Assembly (NCBI GenBank): GCA_032128875.1
Contig: JAVLKG010000003.1
Coordinates: forward strand, 161,008 to 225,007
Reading direction: 5' to 3'
DNA length: 64,000 nt
DNA from: Candidatus Melainabacteria bacterium 17Bon1m
GTDB taxonomy: Bacteria; Cyanobacteriota; Vampirovibrionia; Obscuribacterales; Obscuribacteraceae
Made by a program: the position numbers and the translations under genes. This document shows, in pieces, positions 1 through 9,743 of the stretch. The notes below the pieces were generated by a model. It was not told the origin of the DNA, made no database searches, and saw only the letters and a program-made list of their open reading frames with translations. Numbering within the stretch: position 1 is the stretch's first letter; every line of letters starts with the position of its first letter.

Positions 1-511
1 AGGTGTTCCGCTGGTCGTCAAATATGGCTTGCAAGGCTGCCCGCCCTGCATCGCGATGGACAAGCAAGCAATGGGTCCCACTTCTAAGGACCTTAATGGA
101 AAGGCGGTTGTCGCTAATGTTGACGGACCCGCCGCGGAAATGGTCTTGCGCGAGCACGGCTATCAGCTTAAGGCGCCGAATGGCTTCCCGTTTGTAGACG
201 GGTTTGACGTAAGCGCCTCAGGCAATTTGACTCGTGGGCAGAACGGTCATTTGGAAGGAAAGCAGCTTACGGTTACGACTCCACAAGGACTCGATGCTTC
301 GCCGACCAAGACGAGCATTCCACAAATGGTTGAAGGTTTGCGCGCAGAGCGTGCTGCTCGCATTGAGAGAGAAAAGCAAGCCAGCGAGCAAGCCGCTAAA
401 CAAGCGCAGGACGCTCAGAAGCTTGTCGAAGCTGAGACGATGAGAAAGATCAATGAAATGATGCGCATCAACCCTTATCAATTCTCGGGTGACGGCGCGG
501 CCAAGAAGTGA
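1..511 (+). CDS. Thioredoxin-like (CxxC) protein, 5'-truncated by the window edge
   Basis: Frame is open from base 2: GVPLVVKYGLQGCPPCIAMDK. A hydrophobic strand followed by CPPC is typical of the thioredoxin fold. C-terminus is coiled-coil-like. Confidence 0.6.
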   Translation, partial: GVPLVVKYGLQGCPPCIAMDKQAMGPTSKDLNGKAVVANVDGPAAEMVLREHGYQLKAPNGFPFVDGFDVSASGNLTRGQNGHLEGKQLTVTTPQGLDASPTKTSIPQMVEGLRAERAARIEREKQASEQAAKQAQDAQKLVEAETMRKINEMMRINPYQFSGDGAAKK

Positions 512-522
512 GCAGGTTTTTG

Positions 523-753
523 TTAGTCGGCGACTTCTTCCAATTCCAGCATTTGTCTGGCGATTGATTTGGAGTTTTTCGCGGTCATTGAACAATATGT
601 GAATATGCCAAACAAAATGAAGGCGACACTAGCAAACAGCAGGGTGAATTCCGCTGCGTCTGCTGTTGGATGGTCCCACGGAGTGATATGCGATGCAATC
701 ATCGCTAGGACGATTCCCGTGAGGATAGGAATAACGGCTTTTTCTTCATTCAT
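523..753 (-). CDS. Small two-TM membrane protein
   Basis: 76 aa with two hydrophobic stretches. Confidence 0.55.
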   Translation of the reverse strand: MNEEKAVIPILTGIVLAMIASHITPWDHPTADAAEFTLLFASVAFILFGIFTYCSMTAKNSKSIARQMLELEEVAD

Positions 754-1410
754 GCGGTCTTTCCCCAGCTGACCAGTGGGTGGTCAACTTTATGCGGCAA
801 GTTGTCTGGAGGATTGAATGCGCCCAAAAATACGCACGCAGAGTTGCCACCTCTGCTCGCACTGAGCGCGGGAGAAATTTGGCGAAGGAGTTTCCCTTAT
901 ATGCCGAGTATAGTCTTCGAAAATGCAATGTCAATATGACGGATTTAATAAAAGGAAAGCCTGAAGACCTCACAGAGTTTGCGTTTCACTTTCAATTTCG
1001 CCCCTTACCTTGCAAAACTTGCAACGCCAATAGTGGGGTTTTCCGCACAAAGCTTTCGTAGTTCGAGACACACAGCGCGTTTTGCCCGAGCGAACCTTTC
1101 GCCTGAAAGCTTTCATCGGCATTTGAATTTCGATTTCGCTGCGCGCGGATCTTAGGTGTTTTTCTTGGTAGATATTCTCTAAGCTTTTTAGAATGATTCT
1201 CGCGGGAAATTTCCGAACTCAAATCTTGGTGCACCATATATGGTTGCGCGTGGTGATTGCTTGGTTCGAAGTTGTCTCTTCTTGTAAATTCGATACTACC
1301 TTTGGTAGTGTTCGCGCAGCGTTTATCCGCCGTTAAATGGGGGCATTTGAATTAGGAGCCGTGATGGCTCTTTGTTTTGGTTCAGATGCTGCAAATGAGG
1401 TGAGAACGCA

Positions 1411-2355
1411 ATGACGACGGTCAAAGAAGGCACTAAATATAGGTTGGTGACCCGAAGCGACTTCGATGGACTGGTATGTGCCGTTCTGTTGAAGCATCTG
1501 GATATGATTGACGACATCAAATTCGTCCATCCTAAGGATATGCAGGACGGGAAGGTCGATATTACGTCTCGCGACATTACGACTAACTTGCCTTACGTTG
1601 ATGGCGTACATTTGTCGTTCGATCACCACTTGAGCGAAACCATCCGCAACAAAGATCAAAAAGACAACCACATAATTGATCCTGACGCGATGTCTGCTGC
1701 GCGTGTCGTGTACGACCATTTTGGCGGTGCAAAAACATTCCCGGCGCGTTGGAACGACATGATGAAGGAGGTGGACAAGGCTGATGCCGCGCAGTTCACC
1801 AAGGACGAGATTCTCAATCCCAAAGGATGGGTGTTGCTGAACTATTTGATGGACCCGCGGACTGGCTTAGGTCGCTTCCGCGAATTCCGAATTTCGAACT
1901 ATAACTTGATGATGGATCTGATTGATTACTGCAAGGATCACGACATTGACGACATCATGAAAATGCCTGATGTAGTCGAGCGCGTCGAGCTCTACAACGA
2001 GCAAGCAGAGAAATTCAAAGAGCAAGTCAAACGTGTAGCGAAGATCCACAAGAATTTGATTGTGCTGCACCTGAAGGGTGAAGACCCTATTCATGCGGGA
2101 AATCGCTTCATGATTTACGCGATGTATCCGGACATCAATATCTCCATCCACGAGATGTGGGGGCTGAAGCAGCAGAATACAGTCTTTGCGATTGGGCATT
2201 CGATCGTAAACCGCACCTCGAAAACCAATGTGGGAGAGCTTTGCCTCAAGTACAACGGGGGCGGTCACGAGAAGGCCGGCACATGCCAGATCGAAAACGA
2301 AAAGGCTGAAGGCGTGCTGAAGGAGCTGATCGACAAGATTACTGCTGACGGTTAA
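1411..2355 (+). CDS. DHH-family phosphoesterase (exopolyphosphatase-like / NrnA-like)
   Basis: Motifs TRSDFDG, FDHH and GGGH. SD-like GAGGTG upstream. Confidence 0.9.
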   Translation: MTTVKEGTKYRLVTRSDFDGLVCAVLLKHLDMIDDIKFVHPKDMQDGKVDITSRDITTNLPYVDGVHLSFDHHLSETIRNKDQKDNHIIDPDAMSAARVVYDHFGGAKTFPARWNDMMKEVDKADAAQFTKDEILNPKGWVLLNYLMDPRTGLGRFREFRISNYNLMMDLIDYCKDHDIDDIMKMPDVVERVELYNEQAEKFKEQVKRVAKIHKNLIVLHLKGEDPIHAGNRFMIYAMYPDINISIHEMWGLKQQNTVFAIGHSIVNRTSKTNVGELCLKYNGGGHEKAGTCQIENEKAEGVLKELIDKITADG

Positions 2356-2408
2356 TGCCGGTTCTTGTTCTGTCTGAAAGAACTTTTGAAAGAACCTTCT
2401 AGAAATTG

Positions 2409-2441
2409 AAAACTCGCGTTCTATGCCAGAACGCGAGTTTT
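2409..2441. terminator. Bidirectional intrinsic terminator
   Basis: AAAACTCGCGTTCT-atgcc-AGAACGCGAGTTTT, a perfect stem between convergent genes. Confidence 0.85.
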
Positions 2442-2463
2442 GTTTTATTGCGATTGTGGTGGT

Positions 2464-3174
2464 CTAGAACCGGCGCCCAGGCAACCCAATGCCAGGAAGA
2501 CCGATGCCACCCATGCCAGGGACGCCCATGTTAATTCCGGGCGCATACATGCCCGGCACACCGTAACCGTAGTTTGGAACCAAACCAGGTGTGCCGATGA
2601 AGCCGTTGTTCAAGGGTACTGCTGGGTTAATTATCACCGAACTATTGGGCATTCCATTGAGAGGTGTGTACGTGCTCGTGTTGTATCCGTAAGTGGTCGG
2701 GTACATGGGATATCCACCACCGAGCGAGATTCCACCAGCTCTGCCGAGATTGATATTGATGCCACCCGGCGCGCCGTAGGGCACCACGCCTGGTGCAAAG
2801 TATGGATTGACTCCGCCCATATAAGGCTGAGCAAAACCAGGATAATATGCGCCTGGCTGAACCACATACTCGTTGGAAATTTCCAGTTGTGATCCTTGAG
2901 TCATTACCGGCGTGTCACTTTTTAAGGGCACGATACGCCCATCTTCAGTCAATGGCACGCCTACATTGGCAGCTTGCCCAGGCGTTATCTTTGGTTGGCG
3001 CTTTGGCTGCTTGGGGGTGGTTTCTTCCATAAACCAGTCATCGTCGTCCCCATCCAACGTCTTTAAGGGAGACTTGAAAGGCGGCGGGTCGCTTTGCGCG
3101 TAGACCGGCGGCAGCGCAATAAGTGCTGCGGTTACCGCGAGGAGCAGTTTGGTTTGCATATTAAATGTTTTCAT
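2464..3174 (-). CDS. Secreted Pro/Gly/Tyr-rich hypothetical protein
   Basis: Signal peptide ending VYA-Q and a low-complexity PG/GY C-terminus. Confidence 0.75.
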   Translation of the reverse strand: MKTFNMQTKLLLAVTAALIALPPVYAQSDPPPFKSPLKTLDGDDDDWFMEETTPKQPKRQPKITPGQAANVGVPLTEDGRIVPLKSDTPVMTQGSQLEISNEYVVQPGAYYPGFAQPYMGGVNPYFAPGVVPYGAPGGININLGRAGGISLGGGYPMYPTTYGYNTSTYTPLNGMPNSSVIINPAVPLNNGFIGTPGLVPNYGYGVPGMYAPGINMGVPGMGGIGLPGIGLPGRRF

Positions 3175-3399
3175 AATTCCACTCTACCATTCAAGTGTCT
3201 AACCGGTATGAGGTGGGGCTGCATTCCCTTTCTACCCGAGACCAACAGGAAGTTAGGAGTTTTCGTAACAGTTGTTAAGTGGGTGCATAGGGTCCAGCAC
3301 AGTGCCGGGGCTGTATCCGAGTCTGTGCGCTACAGTTACGAAACTGTTCGTATCTGGCTTCTGCACCAGCGCCTACCGTTCCATAATCCGAGGAATCGG

Positions 3400-5628
3400 A
3401 TGGTTGGAACGATGCGTAAAAATCAAATTTTCGTTTTATGCGCTCTGGCTGCACTCTTTGTTATGCGTGTGGCGGGGCAATTCGCTGTGGCCTTTTTTCA
3501 CGTAGGATTTTTGCCACCTATGGAAGCATGGATGTCCGGCGTAATGCCCTATCCATGGTTGTTAGGAGCGCAGATTGCCATTATTTTTTTGATGGCGAAA
3601 GTTTGCCTTGACTTGCAGCGAGGCAACGGTTTCTTCGCCCGCAGAGGCGGGCGTTTTGGCAGATTTTTACTTGAGGGCGGCGCACTTTATCTGCTGGTAA
3701 TGAGCTTGCGCTACGTAATACATATGGCACTTTATCCACATGAGCGCTGGCTCGGCGGAGCAATACCAATCTTCTTTCATGTCGTATTGGCTGGTTTTGT
3801 CCTGGTATGGGGCAGTTTTCATTTACAGGCTGTCCGGAAAAAAGTTGGTAATCGCTGGACTGCGCGAGTATTTCGTGTGTTTGCCGTGCTCGGAATACTC
3901 ATGTGGGTTGCCTATCTGTTGGCACCGTATGTAATGGCACAACAATTTCATTTGCGCCCTGCCGTCTATGCCGTAAAGATTGAGCGTGATGTTCAAGTGC
4001 CTGTAGCCGCGGGCGTGATGTTGGTCGCAGACATCTATCATCCGATGGGCTTGGAGCGAAGCCCGACCGTGCTAGTGCGCATTCCCTATACAAAAACCCC
4101 CACCAACATGCTGACTGCCAATATTATTGGGCGTCTTTGGGCCGAGCGAGGTTATACGGCGGTTGTGCAATGTACGCGAGGCAGGGGCGGCTCCGGAGGA
4201 GAATATTATCCGCTCAGCAATGACCGAGAGGACGGAATCAAGACACTGCAATGGTTGTCGAAACAGTCATGGTATGACGGACATATTGCTGGCTGGGGCG
4301 GTTCGTCGTTTGGCATCAGCCAGTGGGCTATTGCAGACCGGTCTGCGCCAGGATTTTCCGCGATGCACATTTATGAAGCGAGCACAGATATCTATAGGAT
4401 GTTCCATCCAGGTGGGGCATTTTCACTTTATAGTGCGCTTGCTTGGACTGTAACGTGCCATGGGAAAACGGATTTGCCACAGTGGCCGAAGCCGGAGAAG
4501 ATTGCCGAAGGCGCTGATGTTTTCCCGCTAATTGATGCAGATTGCAATTCCACAGGAATGGAAGTGAACTTCTTCAATGATTGGGTCAGTCACTCGGAGC
4601 GTGATCTTTACTGGCAGAACATTGATGGTACTGAACGTACAAAGTCTCTCAAAGCTCCAGTTTTGCTAATGGCAGGTTGGTGTGATGCTTTCCTGCCGAC
4701 CCAGTTGGAGGATTATCTGAAAGTCAAGGCCGAAGCAGAACCGGATATCGCGCGACGAACAAAACTCGTGATTGGTCCTTGGATTCATGGAGATGAGTTT
4801 GTTCTGCCAGACGGAACCAAGCCTTCGTTATTTCGTGCAGCAACTCTGGCATTGAGTCTTGATTGGTTTGACCATATTGTTTTGGGTAGGCCACTTCCAG
4901 CCCAGACAGGTTGCTTAAACCTGCATCAACCTCGCGACTTGTGTCGATGCAATGTGCCGCATTTGTCTTCTGCTCCTATTCAAATTTTTATTATGGGTAA
5001 GAACTTTTGGCGTTCAGAAAATGAGTGGCCGCTGGCGCGGACGCAATTTACGAGTCTGTATTTGAACCGTGACAAACTGAGCTTTTCTAAGCCTGTCGAC
5101 AGACAAAAGCCTGATAGGTTTGTTTATGATCCAAGGGTCCCTGTGCCCACCGCAGGTGGTGCCATGATTGGAAAGGTTCCAGCGATGATAAAGCAGAGGG
5201 CCGCACAGTCTCGCCCTGATGTCCTGTGTTTCACGACTGATCTTCTCAAGCATGATGTTGAGTTGACCGGTCCGGTGAAAGCGGAGCTGTTTGTTTCGAG
5301 TGACGCGCCGTGCACCGATTTTACGGCGAAATTGGTTGACATTCATCCTGATGGAACAGCATACAACGTGTGTGACGGAATTCTTCGCCGCCGTTTTTCA
5401 GGCTCTAAGGTTCAGAAAATTGAAATTGAATTGTGGCCTACAAGCATGGTGTTCTTCAAAAATCACAAAATCAGATTGGATGTGAGCAGCAGCAATTTTC
5501 CTCGCTACGACCGTAATCCAAATACTGGCAGACCAAGCGCATTTGAAACAAATCCTCGCATTGCGATTCAGAAAGTTTTTCATGACAGCGATTTCCCTTC
5601 GCGGTTAATCGTGCCGGTGATTCCATGA
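3400..5628 (+). CDS. CocE/NonD-family serine hydrolase with N-terminal multi-TM domain
   Basis: LVRIPY, QCTRGRGGSGG, nucleophile GWGGSSFG, IGPWIHG and the C-terminal SSSNFPRYDRNPNTG. Start moved to ATG 3400 (or 3412) after AGGA. Confidence 0.88.
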   Translation: MVGTMRKNQIFVLCALAALFVMRVAGQFAVAFFHVGFLPPMEAWMSGVMPYPWLLGAQIAIIFLMAKVCLDLQRGNGFFARRGGRFGRFLLEGGALYLLVMSLRYVIHMALYPHERWLGGAIPIFFHVVLAGFVLVWGSFHLQAVRKKVGNRWTARVFRVFAVLGILMWVAYLLAPYVMAQQFHLRPAVYAVKIERDVQVPVAAGVMLVADIYHPMGLERSPTVLVRIPYTKTPTNMLTANIIGRLWAERGYTAVVQCTRGRGGSGGEYYPLSNDREDGIKTLQWLSKQSWYDGHIAGWGGSSFGISQWAIADRSAPGFSAMHIYEASTDIYRMFHPGGAFSLYSALAWTVTCHGKTDLPQWPKPEKIAEGADVFPLIDADCNSTGMEVNFFNDWVSHSERDLYWQNIDGTERTKSLKAPVLLMAGWCDAFLPTQLEDYLKVKAEAEPDIARRTKLVIGPWIHGDEFVLPDGTKPSLFRAATLALSLDWFDHIVLGRPLPAQTGCLNLHQPRDLCRCNVPHLSSAPIQIFIMGKNFWRSENEWPLARTQFTSLYLNRDKLSFSKPVDRQKPDRFVYDPRVPVPTAGGAMIGKVPAMIKQRAAQSRPDVLCFTTDLLKHDVELTGPVKAELFVSSDAPCTDFTAKLVDIHPDGTAYNVCDGILRRRFSGSKVQKIEIELWPTSMVFFKNHKIRLDVSSSNFPRYDRNPNTGRPSAFETNPRIAIQKVFHDSDFPSRLIVPVIP

Positions 5629-5886
5629 ACGGAACACCTGGTGGAGATTTCGGGTGTCCGTGAAGACGAAAAGGCGAGGGGGCGACTGGCTGATTTGGGC
5701 TACTTGATCTCCTTATTAGATAAACCTTCTCTCTTATTCAATCTATGCGGGGGTTTTTGGCCGCATACTGTGCTCCGTAATCGCGCTCAGGCGCATGGGT
5801 GCCCGTTATCCCCCGGTGGGGGATAGCTGCTTAAAGGTCTGGATCAAAACGATAACCGTTTTCATTTTCGTGTTAACCTTGAAATC

Positions 5887-7125
5887 ATGGACAGCCAGGT
5901 AAAACCAGTTTTCGCCCCAAATAGCATTTATTTGGACTACGCCGCGACCACCGCAGTGGATCGGCGCGTGCTCGACGCGATGTACGGCATCATGGCTCAG
6001 GGGCACACCGGCAATGCGCATGCACGCCATCATGTTTATGGTGCGGCGGCTCACCGCAGTGTTGAAGCTGCCCGACAGCAGGTCGCGGACGCTATTGGAG
6101 CGGATTCTGCCGAAATATTCTTTACTTCGGGCGCGACCGAGGCGAACAATCTCGCCATCAAGGGAATAGCGGCGCATCTCAAGGCCGAAGGGCGCATGCA
6201 CCTGGTCACCTCGGCAGTCGAGCATGCCAGCGTTTTGGAACCTTTGCGTGAGTTGGAAGCTCAGGGATTCGAACTGACTGTTCTCGGCGTGAAACCATGC
6301 GGCATGATTGAAGCCGACATGATTGAGCGCGCAATAAGACCTGATACCGGGTTGGTTTGCGTTCAGGCAGTCAATAACGAAGTCGGCGTAATTCAGCCGA
6401 TTAAAGAGATTGCAGTGATGTTGAAGGGTAGAGGAATACTCTTCCATTGCGATGCAGCGCAAGCGCTCGGCAAGACGAATTTCAAAGTCGACAGCAGCGC
6501 ATGCGCTGCGCAAACAGGGAGCCGCATGCGGCTCTCCTACGACAATGAGAGCACTGGTCCGGATTTCGTCAGTCTCTCTTCGCATAAAGTCTACGGTCCT
6601 CAAGGCATCGGTGCGCTTTATGTGCGAGCCGAAAAGAAGCACCTGCTTACTGCGGTAAGCCGCGGTGGCGGGCAGGAAGGTGGGCTGAGATCTGGAACAT
6701 TGCCGACTGCGCTTTGTGTTGGATTCGGCAAGGCGTGTTCTTTGCTCGAAGACGACACTCGGCATGTTCGTAGTTTGCGCTGGGCGTTTCTGAATCGATT
6801 GAGTTGGCTAAAACCCACAGTCTATGGTCATTCGCATTCTGATTGGAATGTGCCCGGTATACTCTGCGTTCGTTTTACAGGCATTGAAACCGAAACCCTC
6901 ATCATGGCATTGCCTGATCTCGCCTTCGGTATTGGAGCCGCATGCAGCAGCGGCGGTGCAAAATTGTCGCACGTCGTACGCGCCACCACCGGTAGTGATG
7001 AAGCTGCCCGCGAGAGTATGCGCATATCGTTTGGTCGTTTTACTACACATCAAGAAGTCCTCAGGGCTGCCGATTTGATAATCGAGGCAGTCGAAGAAAT
7101 TAGAGAAGTTCAGGGAGTTGCATAG
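5887..7125 (+). CDS. Cysteine desulfurase (IscS/NifS class I) carrying an in-frame REP-derived insertion
   Basis: YLDYAATT, FTSGATEANN, HCDAAQ, SSHKVYGPQG (PLP Lys), RSGT and GAACSSG (catalytic Cys). Confidence 0.93.
   Translation: MDSQVKPVFAPNSIYLDYAATTAVDRRVLDAMYGIMAQGHTGNAHARHHVYGAAAHRSVEAARQQVADAIGADSAEIFFTSGATEANNLAIKGIAAHLKAEGRMHLVTSAVEHASVLEPLRELEAQGFELTVLGVKPCGMIEADMIERAIRPDTGLVCVQAVNNEVGVIQPIKEIAVMLKGRGILFHCDAAQALGKTNFKVDSSACAAQTGSRMRLSYDNESTGPDFVSLSSHKVYGPQGIGALYVRAEKKHLLTAVSRGGGQEGGLRSGTLPTALCVGFGKACSLLEDDTRHVRSLRWAFLNRLSWLKPTVYGHSHSDWNVPGILCVRFTGIETETLIMALPDLAFGIGAACSSGGAKLSHVVRATTGSDEAARESMRISFGRFTTHQEVLRAADLIIEAVEEIREVQGVA
6494..6540. repeat. REP-like palindrome family A copy inside a CDS
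   Basis: GCAGCGCATGCGCTGC followed by CAGGGAGCCGCATGCGGCTCTCCTAC. The second half nearly matches 38863-38888 and 56843-56868. Confidence 0.9.
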
Positions 7126-8130
7126 ATGAAAATCGCGTTTGTAGGTAAGGGTGGATCGGGCAAAAGTACGCTCTCATCGCTGTTTATTCGCTATTTGCAA
7201 AACGTACGCAAACGCAACGTACTGGCAATCGATGCTGACTTAAACATGAACCTCGCCGGACTTCTTGGTGTGAAAGTCGATGAAAAGACGCTCATGGCGC
7301 GCCCTGAAGTAGCTGAGTCCATTCGCAATTTTCTTAAAGGCGGCAACAAACGGGTGCCGGACGTTTCGAAGTTTTTGCCGACAACTCCTCCGGGGGCTGG
7401 CTCAAACCTTGTTTGCTCTGCGCAAGAGCCTGGTCTTCAGCCTTTCTGTGTGAATGTTTCTCAATCACCGATAGTGAATTTGTTGACTGTCGGCTCTTAT
7501 GACAAAGATGGGATAGGGCAAACTTGCTACCACTCGCATCTCTTCGTCGCTGAGAATATCCTCTCGCATACGGTCACTTCGCCCGACTTCACTATCGTCT
7601 GCGATATGGTCGCCGGCACCGACGCATTTGCTTACTCCATGCATTTGCAATTCGATGCGATTGTTTTGATCGCTGAGCCCACACCGGAATCTACTGAAGT
7701 CTGCAAGTTGTATATGGACCTGGCTCGCCAATGCGGCGTTGATGAGCTGATTCATCTGGTTGGCAATAAGATCGAAGATGCTGACGATATCGAATTCATC
7801 AGCAAGACTGTGGATAAGAAGTTGCTCGTGTCCGTGCCGGCGATGCCTAAGCTGAAGAAAGCACGCCAGAGAGGAGAAATCGTTGGCGGTGAGTTGCTCG
7901 ACCCAACGCTAACGCAGGTGATGCGCATCATTGAGAACGAAGCTCAATTGCCGTCTATCAGCCCGGCGCAAAGGCTGGAGATGCTTCACAAACTTCATTT
8001 GAAATTGAACGATAAGCAATGGGTGCAACTCGGTTATGGCGACGTTGCAGATCAAATTGATCCCGATTTTCAATACCTTCCTCGGCACGCAGGAGTTGCT
8101 GCAGTCGGTTCTATAGGTAAATTAAGATGA
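7126..8130 (+). CDS. CooC/MinD-like P-loop ATPase
   Basis: MKIAFVGKGGSGKST deviant Walker A, AIDAD, DMVAG and VGNK. CYHSH at the CooC metal-binding position. Confidence 0.85.
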   Translation: MKIAFVGKGGSGKSTLSSLFIRYLQNVRKRNVLAIDADLNMNLAGLLGVKVDEKTLMARPEVAESIRNFLKGGNKRVPDVSKFLPTTPPGAGSNLVCSAQEPGLQPFCVNVSQSPIVNLLTVGSYDKDGIGQTCYHSHLFVAENILSHTVTSPDFTIVCDMVAGTDAFAYSMHLQFDAIVLIAEPTPESTEVCKLYMDLARQCGVDELIHLVGNKIEDADDIEFISKTVDKKLLVSVPAMPKLKKARQRGEIVGGELLDPTLTQVMRIIENEAQLPSISPAQRLEMLHKLHLKLNDKQWVQLGYGDVADQIDPDFQYLPRHAGVAAVGSIGKLR

Positions 8131-9743
8131 GCACGATTGAAGCACGAGAAGACAAGGCAGCTACCAAAAGAGCGGATCAGTGTTTGGCTGATGATTTGTT
8201 GTCCGCAGATAATTGCCGGCTGGAAGCCGGCGCTCTGTCCGCTGGCGCAAGTGGCGCTGCGGCCAATTCAGCAATCGATCGGGCGCGACCAAGGGTCAGA
8301 CCGGCCATGCACCCGGCTATTGCGCGTTTTCTCCAAAATGAAAAATTGGTCTTCTCTTTAGTTGATGGACTTGGATCACCGCTCAATGTGCTCTTTCCCA
8401 GGCATATCGAAGAGACGATTGGACGCTTCGAGCAGGTGTATAAAGATCGCCAAATGCAAGGCACGATTTACTACACATCGAAGCCAAACAAATCACTCGC
8501 ATTGAAAAAACAAGCTTCGACGACTGCCGTCGGATTGGATGTTTCTTCCGAAGGTGAGCTGAAGAGTGCGCTGGCTAGCGGCTTTCACCCGGAGCGAATC
8601 GAAGCGACTGGGCCAAAAAATATCGACTACCTTAGTCTTGCTATTCAGCAAAACGTTCTTATCAATGTGGATAATTTCACCGAGCTCAAGCAGATTGCGC
8701 AGATGAGCAGGTATTCTCCGCGCGGAAAGAAGGCGCGGGTCTTGGTGCGTCTTGATGGTTTTGAGCCCGGTCGCGTGAAGTTTACCGCTCAAGACAGCGC
8801 TTTCGGCACGCCGGTTAAGGATGCTCCAGCGATCATCGATTTCCTCCTTGAGCACAAGGACTGCATCGACTTCCATGGTTTCTCATTTCACTTCAATGCC
8901 GGTGATTACATACGGCGCCCACCAGCGATTGAAGAATGTTTGCAGCTCACTTTCCGCTGCCTGGAGTTAGGTTTAAACCCCCGCGCTATCGACATTGGCG
9001 GCGGCTATCGAATTCGCTACGCTGCCGATCAAGATGAGTGGAATACATATGTCGAAGAATTGAAAGCATCGGTTCTGGGCAATCGCGAATCGTTGACCTG
9101 GAATGATTCCGGTCTCGGATATCATCGCGAAGACGGCGTGTTGAAGGGCGCTCCCAACTTTATGGAGCACTACCATAAGAATGACGGGCACGAAGATTTT
9201 GCGTCTGTCATTGATACTCCGCTACCTGCGTTTGATGGATATTCCACGGCAAGAATTGTTTCCGACAATATGTTCGAGCTGCATATCGAGCCGGGTCGAG
9301 CGTTGTTGGATCAGTGCGGTATCACACTGGCGCACGTCAATTTCGATAAGACTTCTATTCTCGGTGAGCAGTTGTCCGTGCTCGATATGAATCGCACCAA
9401 CTTGAATTCAACGCAATTGAAATTAATGACCGATCCGATCGTCATTTATCGAAACACCGATAGAAAGCCAGCTGACAGAGGTGTTATGTATGTCGGAAAT
9501 TTGTGTTTGACGCACGACATGATTCAATATCACAAGACTTTCCCTGATGCGGTTCCGCAAACTGGGGATTTAGTCGCTTTTATAAACACCGCTGCATATC
9601 AAATGGATTTTGCCGAGACGCATGTTCTTGAGCAGTCGATTGCGAAGAAGGTTGCGGTCATTGAGAGTGAAGAAGGCGTATTCCGCTGGTTCCTCGATGA
9701 GCTGTACAACCCAATGGCTATTGCCGAGGGAGTCAAACCATGA
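8127..9743 (+). CDS. Y4yA-like PLP-dependent decarboxylase (LysA/ODC fold type III)
   Basis: YYTSKPNKS, DVSSEGEL, HFNAG, DIGGGY, EPGRALL, GNLCLTHD and NTAAYQMDF. ATGA overlap with the upstream gene. Confidence 0.85.
   Translation: MSTIEAREDKAATKRADQCLADDLLSADNCRLEAGALSAGASGAAANSAIDRARPRVRPAMHPAIARFLQNEKLVFSLVDGLGSPLNVLFPRHIEETIGRFEQVYKDRQMQGTIYYTSKPNKSLALKKQASTTAVGLDVSSEGELKSALASGFHPERIEATGPKNIDYLSLAIQQNVLINVDNFTELKQIAQMSRYSPRGKKARVLVRLDGFEPGRVKFTAQDSAFGTPVKDAPAIIDFLLEHKDCIDFHGFSFHFNAGDYIRRPPAIEECLQLTFRCLELGLNPRAIDIGGGYRIRYAADQDEWNTYVEELKASVLGNRESLTWNDSGLGYHREDGVLKGAPNFMEHYHKNDGHEDFASVIDTPLPAFDGYSTARIVSDNMFELHIEPGRALLDQCGITLAHVNFDKTSILGEQLSVLDMNRTNLNSTQLKLMTDPIVIYRNTDRKPADRGVMYVGNLCLTHDMIQYHKTFPDAVPQTGDLVAFINTAAYQMDFAETHVLEQSIAKKVAVIESEEGVFRWFLDELYNPMAIAEGVKP
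8214..8235 (-). repeat. REP-like palindrome family B copy inside a CDS N-terminus
   Basis: TGCCGGCTGGAAGCCGGCGCTC is the reverse complement of 16355-16376 with one mismatch. Confidence 0.7.

Noticed and set aside
754-1410. Long intergenic gap with short ORFs
   Set aside because: No convincing protein, repeat or RNA motif; probably a divergent promoter region.
3094-3399. Extended N-terminus of the CocE ORF
   Set aside because: It overlaps the divergent gene's start and is not protein-like; the start was reassigned.
5797-5850. GGGTGCCC...GCTG as a possible TPP riboswitch
   Set aside because: It lacks CTGAGA and the ACCTGA...AGCGTAGG core.
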